A stretch of DNA of 44,471 nt, taken from assembly GCA_964501515.1 (NCBI GenBank), contig CAZCSS010000002.1, forward strand, positions 1-44,471, in the 5' to 3' direction. Under the pieces are notes generated by a model. It made no database searches. It saw only the letters and a program-made list of their open reading frames with translations, and was not told the origin of the DNA. Positions 44,001 through 44,471 of the stretch are shown piece after piece. The stretch is from an uncultured archaeon. Lineage in GTDB: Archaea; Aenigmatarchaeota; Aenigmatarchaeia; QMZP01. The position numbers and the translations under genes were made by a program. Within the stretch, counting starts at the first letter, position 1. Every line of letters starts with the position of its first letter.

Positions 44001-44471
44001 AGGTTTCATAGCTGTTCTGGGGATTGGCATCGTCAGTGGCATTGAACTTGAAGTAAAAGGTGACCTGGTCCTGACCGTTCAGGTCACTGCAGGAATAACT
44101 CTCATTCCAAGCCAATGTTGTGTTGTCGCAGTTGGTGCACTGCTTGTTTCCGTCAACCTGTGTCCACTGGCTCTGGCCTGAACGCCTCCTCCAGAGCTGC
44201 GCCGTTACCGTGTCGCTCTCCTCCTCGCTCACATTCACGGTGAAGTTTCTCTGGAAAGACCATCCATCCTGTCTCGGTGTGACATTGGCCTCCTTGAGTC
44301 TGGGAGCTATTTCCAGATAGAATGCATGTATAGGGGATGTGACATTCGGGTAGACGTAGCTCTTCTCATCGCTGTAGTAGGTGTTTTCCGTTGATTCTGT
44401 CGCATTCATCGTGATATTGTACCATCCGCCGGGCTTTCCTCCTGTTGTAGGCCAGTAGTGGCGATAGAATC
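20089..44471 (-). CDS. Giant modular cell-surface protein fused to a C-terminal TM helix and cytoplasmic HerA/FtsK-like ATPase; 5' end lies beyond the window (at least 8,126 codons visible)
   Basis: The track gives 8,106 aa from the ATG at 44409. However, the frame stays open to base 44471. The upstream residues (..FYRHYWPTTGGKPGGWYNIT-MNATESTENTYY) continue a motif (GWYN-h-T ... YY) that recurs through the array, so the true start is upstream. There is no stop over 24.38 kb. The protein is a highly repetitive beta-rich modular sequence with N-x-S/T about every 15 residues (7 in the first 107 aa by my count). The stop is TAA at 20089..20091. Confidence 0.9.
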   Translation of the reverse strand, partial: FYRHYWPTTGGKPGGWYNITMNATESTENTYYSDEKSYVYPNVTSPIHAFYLEIAPRLKEANVTPRQDGWSFQRNFTVNVSEEESDTVTAQLWRRRSGQSQWTQVDGNKQCTNCDNTTLAWNESYSCSDLNGQDQVTFYFKFNATDDANPQNSYETSVVNGDYADNDNTFIMEKQDIEIHYAAGNGSQVNRTSGTAILTLFVNDTDRQQEAYNPAMKVAFNITINGSGSNYTKDGYNLTNSSGYATYEFSPGCEYEVGLQNWTGYTDESEACYKFGQSGVYNVTIIGFLEPYPWTDNTSYHQEENITVYVNLTDECGNMISGADVNVTLIFNESVNYTCGPSPLEEQNPGNYTCQWNTTKQDPTGYYDIKVYAENPPYYNPNSTLREDVFFLKSYENNNPLLSHDQVFPEGWGALTNFTVKVEDVDNDNVTVWLWEGNSSSGPWTLLNTSECKYCANPLFINVSVYHTCADANKTRWFRFNASDGAGGSATTTAKSFLVEKDNVTISVIQGGSGVTVNRSGDQWSSPYMIIRVYDDDNLTYISQDNNVTLWLTYNGTNYDNGWSNVTNASGYGLFIVNPDCMYSPGERSWKAGTYDNLCYEDKNTTSSFTMTIYGDMVLNISNVSCPAGWVCYDNENVSIRGNVSDECSVLINDTNVNYTVQHDSFTEQCVPVNNESSGYYNCSWDVTGNPGGNYSVYMNASRVYYNPHSVIYPDMFFHEIAPVIDYYGVSPTSLPWGDNPEKSRFNFTVNITDDDDTVTIYLWESKGSPGSWILSDQDTCTDCINQQVLLTTIHTSCQDTNPNGTWYYLINISDNYGGNDTTGGDDQIEVLRRNVTFSVLTGNNVNVSRIGSNATSLTVQAYDNYTGGTVGLGGKNGYLYVTTDGSKWSDGYFNTTNSSSAFTYDFNPGCSSPKYYVGDQLWKVGLDFSSDNPICYYNVNSTEYNLTINGSLANNITYPTGTVPFLRGTNVPIWGEVEDDCGPVANISVAFRISGTWNPGSVYDWKNGTYNATWASGEGSIGLHYITVNSSNYSYSPGFDQEDDALRLVVKPQLREPTIDTNLEGWGYNFTFKVEYCDQDMGADTVNISLWVSNQSGGPWTYIDSNYVSGCSWENTTFYHIFTCQDYLNGVGYFYFTANDSFGYTNDTQEVTFTLQKDNVSFTNFYTQSTEVNREGGDTDLFVVQVNDIDKGEPVPGGVNGSVWISLNTIGDEDNGTRRVTNSSGYLNYTFNPDCNYSADNLYWKAGVIDDQCYDDENSTTQGFSVIGQLKLSLDQPPDQSSFNVTDDVLINWTVYSDCYAEEGNISGVNNNLVLYLGGNTSGCSYGGPHDEGDGDYNCTWNSSWQPEGNWSINITATKVFYNGNTTSWPYRFWLENRDPLSSNENVTPSRDGWGATYTYNITIDDPDWDNVTCTLYTNTSLGFVERGYDVVYDGGGNCSVQVSDFTPGEMGYTNYTFRINDTFNTYWTSNFTGPYLEEDNVSITFNYGNYTGGQEAHVNRSYDQNTTLVVRIYDTDKNEYPSGMNVTFYVTYNDSNFDNGTLVYTNGSGHSNFFFNPDCDYSVAEQLWYAETTDDRYEINRTLENYTIFIQGDLVNQIEIPNGTKILREKNLTIRANVSSWCGYSINDSVVSFTFTSESGGKYYCTGDNVTNESNGYYNCSLNTTGWETRAYNFTMNSTRPNYNNDSVTKIFVLDETSFWVETNPILEDANATPKVGGWSETFYFTVNATDEDLDTITTRLYWKILPSGDWTFEAQNQTSGTDVVINLSKVWGVSRIGDNISIKFNTTMDDFGYSETPVVNITVERDDVGFDYVQGNNSVVNRVGSDSTTLIIRVYDSDNPSNPNATNAPGMFWITTNASDQNSWDAGTPDTTDSLGRLQLDFNPDGSCTYGVGVQRWRVGLVEDPGQNYYKPTNDTAIYYLNITSEFEPELWYPVNQSILRGSTFNITFNVTDLAQNCGLVPGADTVAHIDGMPYTSEYIYYGTGNGSGWYNATVGDTTLPGFEYGKWYNITINTSKEFYPNASVTFPETFYLASRPVLQNAQVQQFPSGPWGKNFNFSIDVYDLDNNTVTVYLWKRVELSPGVWDDWELLDQKECDPCSDDQANPKTMNFDFVNFSCSDVGTNEIKFNATDHPFNYSSESEPSQQFDVTADTVWYTIQSGAGDPSLNREGDDTAYFSVLVQDFDRNYEDLKAGYNGTFLVTTDGNSWGSEINTTTNGTGYLNLDFNATCEYTYGAQKWSAGIKYDKCYNPVGSMTSNETFHVIGQLKLNLYSPVQGDTYNVTDQINISLNITTDCPAQEGLQNQTYITIQLLSPNTSWLTCEPVINETGSREGWYNCTWDSSDQREGYWGIQINASKTYLNDNNTFFSQWFWLENLNATYSDMSVTPASDGWTREYTYTVNITDPDSDRINCSLYIDKYNGQGWTYKGMQTLYDPNGINNQQCSVTIHDFTGEDIGDNVFKFFIQNGEPSNYYNTSNVSGPHLEPSNVTLEFITQNNTKVNISGDSELLAVRVNDTDNASQGNWFPSGVNVTFWVYFNESGHDQGNLTATNATGYANVFFDPNCSYSVGPQLWFAGTTDNYYDPENTPENLTIIIMDDLNINMDSPLGEEYLRGTNVTFRFYVNDSCGNNITGIPDINITMISQLNGSYYYCGGTIEEGNGWYNCTLNTSGMAARGYDLMITVNKTYYNPGNLTLYYSDTQNNSFFIETTPVLTMPMINSSYDGANSGSWSESWNHSVRVTDEDGDSVTVTFYKRKWNPGSGWGSWEEIYPNSCGGDCDQSIVFAWEQGYPNDPTEYDPSTDLGTWQFKMNATDNADSPKPGGTSYSYEILGYNYTVEKDDMNITLYDGDGAFIWRNGSDSYTLSVQVRSVDQNNRLLSAGEANATVWVTKDHAIYGNITTFGTFTNSPGGFINKSFDPDSGCEYSVGIQKWIIGIHNNTEFKDLNSSEYTVEIWSYLNMTINTPDGEAYPIETGSNVPINYTVFDECGDGTAAINYTRITLAGTSTYYVENGSVADNGDGTYSHNWSTMSPEKASGWYNITIEALSDYYAGINKTRNNSFVLGYRPDITYDAYPPLSNVYSSTGDGGWGETWTFKVRCRDRDDTAGFNISLWKRKTPASDWELLDIQSCSSWPGYITKTFTINDFGCSDITPTGENSSFKFNASDQWNFTDETYPFNFTIVSDNVSLTVVDGYDTDINREGNIIQILSVQVNDTDRGADVNVSSGVNGTFYVTTNGSEYNTSYTNQTDFSGMLRYSFNPGCDHRYGNQKWLAGIYNDKCYSPRNSSESPIHVIGQLKLNLYSPVQGDTYNVTDQINISLNITTDCPAQEGLQNQTYITIQLLSPNTSWLTCEPVINETGSREGWYNCTWDSSDQREGYWGIQINASKTYLNDNNTFFSQWFWLENLNATYSDMSVTPASDGWTREYTYTVNITDPDSDRINCSLYIDKYNGQGWTYKGMQTLYDPNGINNQQCSVTIHDFTGEDIGDNVFKFFIQNGEPSNYYNTSNVSGPHLEPSNVTLEFITQNNTKVNISGDSELLAVRVNDTDNASQGNWFPSGVNVTFWVYFNESGHDQGNLTATNATGYANVFFDPNCSYSVGPQLWFAGTTDNYYDPENTPENLTIIIMDDLNINVTGPVGDTSYYKGDNVTINITITDNCGNNISGVNLNISAVSDQTGETFYCQNVYYEGNGKYNCTFNSSELRAGWLDLYVKANKTYYNANTTYVDNSFWLETVPVLTMVGVTPTVSGWGSYFNFSVNVSDEDGDDVRVYAYQREYGETSWGSPLLGPGGNYYAECYNCNTTNTITFTKGDFSCNDLSNNDTSLREFKFNATDDPPGPSDTDETPTENFTLTKGEVRIDHFYGNDTYIYRPSGSETLVVRLFDVGRNEYVKTPGQQTEFFVTQNGPGSSEISSGYRYSDGSGFANYTFDPGCSPKYSVGPQTWRAETVGSQCYLDNQSDTWNLTIWTDPLDVNMTIPDGEHYRRGIDNITMRMYVSDDCESEGTGAVTNATMTLKAEGPCSYTCSNYIDEGNQGGPAGWYNCTFADYDTQNWPVPSCIGWYNTTAIAQKAYYNDSSLTVDNDSFYFSTPPEIRWDSPVWKTSSPSEGWGATHTFRLRVRDYETSTDDVLNLTLWRSNTTSPYNWVLVENRNFTTYNGDNEILETFSHNFSCPDIGTNYFMIDVTDKWGDYNETTVNNFDLLKDRTAAYCNPGSGSCAPDRVVIREGGDSLQITAYFVDLDYGYTTVGSGVNGTVWITVNGSGTGSWDSGHFNSTNPSGDLIVHFDPNCTPEYKPGIQEWKAGVTGDECYYANANSTPINLTINGSLRVYLELPEQGNETAVGNPVNTTFNVTDDCGTMVNQTTSTITYISPTGSPESYTPFDLGNGWYNYTLDTSLHEGGWWDIMINTSRIYHSSNSTLWEDRFFLNNTPPEVGNFSVDPPAEGWAMTFTFNTSVRDQQQDNVTCILYTSTDGGSTWVYKNETIVYGGQGNCSLLATFDCTDIGSDNQYKFWLDDGTLGNDFNTTAQSGYTIEPQNASIYYIFGNESNVTRTGYNTTLLIVNATDDDLGAPVPAGHNITFWVTWNSSDPDSWQAGNITQTNSSGYANYYFDPSCDVNPYYRTGPQRWKAGISDQCYQNANLTEQLELNIYGNLEILITSPEIGHNYSRGEENATIQFNLKSDCGVGIDADLATAYLINENNETEYECYVDPLGAGLYECTRNTTGMLARWYHTEVNTSRTYYFNATNATYYHFFVYTNPVLSGEYAQKDPVGWNETQIFYVNITDEDLDNVTINLYVKDMEPEAPSWSLQNTTEVAGPNNTQIALEWRNQLFCELGNWSYYFEAIDKRSNIDETNPHNFTLEKDDIRVEYSFGNMSEVWRNGTGSIPLVLRLIDNDSNDTLAGGRNAHFWSTTNASDPDSWDEGTDAFTNGTGHITYNFIADAPRQNCNYTVGTLRWKGGTRGDSCWKDQNSSDYFVLLKSNLNPVILLPNSTGYLLNQYITLHGYLEDDCRPVENATITWKVISGRNQYTCTNQTELGGGYYNCTWRADYTGWYNATMKSAKQYYGENTTMKIDAFHVGYEPYIDKFKIEQVQPSLPFAYWDMAAGWGEYYKFTARVIDPDGDSNNITLWMSENRENWTLINYTYDSGKTIYNPVFWQRFSCPDIGKRYFKLRSTDDLNYWDDSNYDPTASQQEEPFVNTTVVNNKIIHSSGGGNYTILNISELIHDSSATPDTGFNYTEDINESGYLEFFNVTIENLNGGDMYLNLTVNSLLLAENQSLSDGQNFTIDAVQAGAAFALPGNQTINLSIGTDSGSPLGANYRAYLEYAVLDNGFVHTETISVSGIMDYFNITVQNKKGSAMHFNISVNGYLVAENHSLSDGQNFTIDAVQAGASFNMPSDDDTIPKNQTVILSVSNGSGGGDYSAYNVYLNYTAGVRILYIQPDNVTVSLQTSDTEVRRLGDDYANLTFRIQDTDFLNTYPDGVNGTVWVTEDHNNYTVSLDCDSSSGYCRVYYNASCSSLTGVQKWIGGSTDSCYQMINTSPASLDVYGQLYTEPYHPYGGEVLNRNMTYNLNISVLDDCTNFINTSNVTWFNQTWDVISTTNGTSASFYNSTWNISYNYPLGPETIKINSTLSYHDFGYNTTGIYIYGWSGLGLIYPENYTNVISGTNVSVTCHVSDLNLNQPIANYTVNVYNNNTLNLSTETNQTGYVTWLWATGQETPGWYEIKCNITDNSTLYYNDSVTAIYSLILVSRPLIIDDILVGNQSIHRNDSYTPYETNITVHVRDANVGNASGANVSFFNSTGLIGNCTTNGTGWCTIDTPYNPVDDAVPNNYTIYINATKPGLEDSETVKTNITVKGVLTTEIVKPENNTFVSKNSIQNFSAWVYDEMGINTTTTVNWYNETDWLASGNDTQIYLLYQSTGNRTFKAEATREFYDNGIDYVTLKLGGLADVYWISPPNLSIMEYPLSFNYTCRVLDGESFTPIENYPVEVWYNDTEWTYVGTFPTNQTGYVTQEFTPSQKGNVTFICNITDNESMELSANINNATALIFVRDVYPPEFSNVSIVPNTSIEAWLNTTNITSDVTDDTAVDTVTASITMPNQSVVNLTMANFTDTTYRVQYLPPIGGLYNVTIYAWDSPPESNMNSTFAGNFTVWGKSYGWINQTEEILVYGITQTDNFEFDMEINFTSTGPAHMYYVNLTSFDDPNNTLIINDTFEECGNMSANTSCIWDLHVEVPAGTPPILIKLYVNATWTNPDRTVNTTQNVTNLPVAENPILNITEEMIYNVTPNGEETYVGSFTVGATGNDAVENVQLSLVGGNFGVECPTCNIILIPTNWGYLHAGSNFTVDVTANISLGQDPGTYWTLMRATSDNAEYDEAVINMSVPVNSTWTQSPATFGTFLAPINTNGTVGKIQVNNTGNIKIAFRIYKTQNGSGLVFLSDEYFELGKQLSKTVNVTYLVPGSQPEGMYYVQLLTRNSSATPQERVVDFWLNVTDIPPNITDVVFNPMIFEMYYEQVNISANITDNFVVSHAWVEAVRPNDTFYINESKLIHNATDPDQGFNYTEQIGTNYTTTMLFFNITVQNINGTAMYFNLTINGLLLAENQSLSDGQNFTIDAVQAGTSFILPGNQSINLTIQNQSGSPANASYLTYLSYSVQDQNHLSFDMNNTYAPTYLSSYSSEINGTHMLRICANDTMGLLSCTQYYEITAASSTPIDIILNVTQVNITNITIYWGESFDIAINITPAWARAFNISSNITLPLNWSASPDYFFFGDLLKYTSGQNQSRITVANGTAPGNYTVNVTANWTNMDNTTAYNLTGILVNVFSNPAMEFLDENITTIIAANATANATTILLSTGNVNVTNITLWCDDSGNSTPYFCENFSVHLTPDWVPVLESGQNASVNITISVPGTYPAGTYNTTIRANSSENVSAWIELFLTIPQNISWTQLPENLTKEVIQGTTGELGTIEIHNTGNAPVRLGVTYWGNIFGFGYAWFNDNTPVDVEMNDYYDFYVNYSAPVVYSKYTYSGYIKTQNTSGNPPERISLVNMTVHPYFVNVTSPTSSNPKINVNASDQIDVIAYVNYTTEPVTGGVEFAVIMSNSSTSIPITLNSSTYSPSNGYWVLSFQAPNVSQEGAFGLNVTANYTNTSITNISLVLSDFEHDSIVYFDPNPPDIDLYVPPLIPANTTAVITANITEGGGVQSVAGEITFPNTTTYPYDFIYVSSSGIVHTYKLYLNDTSQLGVYAVNVTACDKSGNCNTTNTSFEIYPSVNFQGIAEDIEKPYVAPLNVTFDFYGNGSSTLIINVTSDPDTGYYNATIDGRNYDIVTRIWNDTFTTYNTPLLADVYNPYTFGSINRMKIGNGPIRNGVLIRTAMNSSSFNITMDYSQSADMFTIDNLALYKCDSWKQYTRCNGTWTRLASTIDVINETVTASDTTLGDVYVLAQFICGDGTCEASYGESTTSCPSDCPLPTPQPPPPPSAGGGGGGAAMVAPPGMPSVPVEIKSTLIFVTLEQGEFEIHSVEILNNRDTMIQAKTRVEGNVWELVQIEKPEMNISGKDTGILKVKLYALPTTPPGIYTGDIITEIVSRNITHRTPVTVRIERTPEPLLDVKVRVLTKAIEPGGNLTFELTLINMGETASINDIVAEFKVKRLSDEKLMYMTKETLAVDQVKTMKHQISLPEDIPYDRYTLEANVTYWNGRKAAIAVDTFDVIELPPVLVALRNIFWFWGTYLILFAILPSFYIGRRAYMYYKEKTAKKARYIFPMDFKKLPQPGPNTFPVGKIAETDVVAYWDMQQLRMHGISAGSTGSGKSVSAMVCAEELLKRKIPVIVFDPTCQWTGFLRPCRDPKMLKLYPKFGLKPTDARRFKGRIVQVEDPNMDIDIRNYMNPGEITVFLINKFEPAVLDGFVRKTISDIFKIPWPEATSLKCMIFYDEVHRLLPKYGGKGGYVALERGCREFRKWGIGLWLISQVLMDFKGAIRANISTEIQLRTKYTGDIRRVKEKYGFNYAATITKLKTGTGQVQNAEYNDGKPYFIEFRPLLHDTGRLSDKDIAEYIKYDKEIAELERRTKALKDRKIDTTDIEFELKLAKDKTRQTMFTMAKTYIDSVKKRLEKAGG
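20314..21114 (-). other. HerA/FtsK-superfamily (DUF87-like) P-loop ATPase domain at the cytoplasmic C-terminus of the giant protein
   Basis: Walker A GSTGSGKS at 21010..21033, verified on the DNA (ggc tcc aca ggt tcg ggc aag tcg). It is followed by ...LLKRKIPVIVFDPTCQW, which parallels the HerA G-x-TGSGKS...h-h-h-D-P-h-G-E-Y layout. Walker B is CMIFYDEVHRLLP (about 20638..20661). Next is RKWGIGLWLISQVLMDFKGAIRANISTEIQLRTKYTGDIRRV, matching the HerA pattern RK-x-G-h-G-h-h-h-h-[ST]-Q ... h-Q-h-R. Confidence 0.75.
21217..21276 (-). other. Single transmembrane helix separating the extracellular body from the cytoplasmic ATPase of the giant protein
   Basis: Translation gives IFWFWGTYLILFAILPSFYI, followed by GRRAYMYYKEKTAKKAR (positive-inside rule puts this side in the cytoplasm). 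This is the only strongly hydrophobic segment I can see in the visible protein. Confidence 0.8.
21949..22107 (-). other. Cys-motif (CGDGTCEASYGESTTSCPSDC) plus Pro/Gly linker (PLPTPQPPPPPSAGGGGGGAAMVAPPGMPSVP) at the base of the giant ectodomain
   Basis: Read directly from the reverse-complement translation. The Cys-motif is at 22045..22107 and the linker at 21949..22044. Confidence 0.8.
24584..24645 (-). repeat. Conserved roughly 60-nt core (encodes LAENQSLSDGQNFTIDAVQAG), copy 3 of 3
   Basis: cctgcctgaacagcgtcaatggtgaagttctgtccgtctgaaagggactggttttcagcaag. It is nearly identical to the cores at 28277 and 28571, while the surrounding roughly 90-aa domain is much more diverged. Confidence 0.85.
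28277..28335 (-). repeat. Conserved roughly 60-nt core (encodes VAENHSLSDGQNFTIDAVQAG), copy 2 of 3
   Basis: cctgcctgaacagcgtcaatggtgaagttctggccgtctgaaagggaatggttttcagc. Confidence 0.85.
28571..28632 (-). repeat. Conserved roughly 60-nt core (encodes LAENQSLSDGQNFTIDAVQAG), copy 1 of 3
   Basis: cctgcctgaacagcgtcaatggtgaagttctggccgtctgaaagggattggttttcagcaag. Confidence 0.85.
33560..34586 (-). repeat. Near-identical intragenic direct repeat, copy 1 (1,027 bp, one full three-domain module)
   Basis: It aligns base for base with 36653..37679 at an offset of exactly 3,093 bp. By eye I find a single mismatch (34573 a versus 37666 g, synonymous). The identical shadow ORFs in the track (33585..33776 = 36678..36869; 33919..34215 = 37012..37308) confirm it. 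Confidence 0.9.
36653..37679 (-). repeat. Near-identical intragenic direct repeat, copy 2
   Basis: Same evidence as copy 1. The encoded 342 aa (IGQLKLNLYSPVQGDTYNVTD...ENLTIIIMDDLNIN) occur twice in the protein. Flanking sequence on both sides is diverged. Confidence 0.9.

Larger units (their letters stand above)
27500..44471 (-). repeat. In-frame tandem array of about 16 three-domain modules (about 1.0 kb / 320-345 aa each), continuing past the window edge
   Basis: Three motifs recur in fixed order. (A) G-W-x-x-x-h-x-F-x-V-x-V-x-D-x-D-x-D-x-V-T-h-x-L-W, 16 times at about 1-kb spacing from about 44.2 kb to about 29.1 kb. (B) T-N-x-S-G-Y-x-x-h-x-F-[ND]-P-x-C-x-Y-x-x-G-x-Q-x-W-x-A-G, 16 times (for example YEFSPGCEYEVGLQNW, FFFNPDCDYSVAEQLW, VFFDPNCSYSVGPQLW, VYYNASCSSLTGVQKW). 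(C) V-x-D-x-C-G ... G-x-Y-N-C-[TS]-W ... Y-Y-N. Boundaries are approximate. Confidence 0.7.

Noticed and set aside
1-44471. Possibility that the coiled-coil giants are SMC/Rad50-type chromosome proteins, or that the locus is a prophage tail-fibre or mobile element.
   Set aside because: No Walker A/B heads, hinge or zinc-hook (CxxC) motifs are visible in the coiled-coil ORFs. No integrase, terminase, capsid, portal or transposase-like sequences and no att-like flanking repeats are visible in the window. The 3'-truncated first gene leaves a small residual uncertainty for the SMC idea.

Overview
The window is almost entirely coding; about 0.6 kb is intergenic by my calls. It looks archaeal: A/T-rich TATA-like boxes sit about 22-35 nt upstream of several start codons, the secreted proteins are saturated with N-x-S/T sequons, there is a MinD/ParA ATPase with a deviant Walker A, and Arg and Ile codons are mostly AGG/AGA and ATA. 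I saw no rRNA, tRNA, CRISPR array, transposase or integrase.

Two minus-strand gene clusters dominate.

(A) 12418..44471. The first gene is one open-ended ORF of more than 24.3 kb (at least 8,126 codons, still open at the window edge). It encodes a hierarchically repetitive, sequon-rich extracellular protein. It ends in a Cys-motif, a Pro/Gly linker, two beta-sandwich-like domains, one TM helix and a cytoplasmic HerA/FtsK-superfamily P-loop ATPase. A 580-aa coiled-coil protein carrying three SHOCT-like motifs follows 9 nt downstream. Next is a 1,959-aa secreted protein with the same membrane-proximal design, whose cytoplasmic tail carries a fourth SHOCT-like motif.

(B) 1..9949. This is a tightly coupled operon: a 91-aa TM-plus-coiled-coil anchor, then 1,267-aa, 1,416-aa and at least 542-aa (truncated) proteins that are almost pure coiled coil.

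Between the clusters lie an orphan 215-aa gene, the MinD/ParA ATPase and a NUDIX hydrolase.

My main hypothesis is an inference, not a demonstrated function. The locus may encode an undescribed trans-envelope surface apparatus made of giant glycosylated adhesin-like stalks, a membrane-fused HerA-like motor, cytoplasmic SHOCT/coiled-coil adaptors, a membrane-anchored coiled-coil scaffold and a MinD-type positioning ATPase.

A 1,027-bp intragenic duplication with a single mismatch found by eye, copies 3,093 bp apart, is both biologically interesting and an assembly-risk flag.
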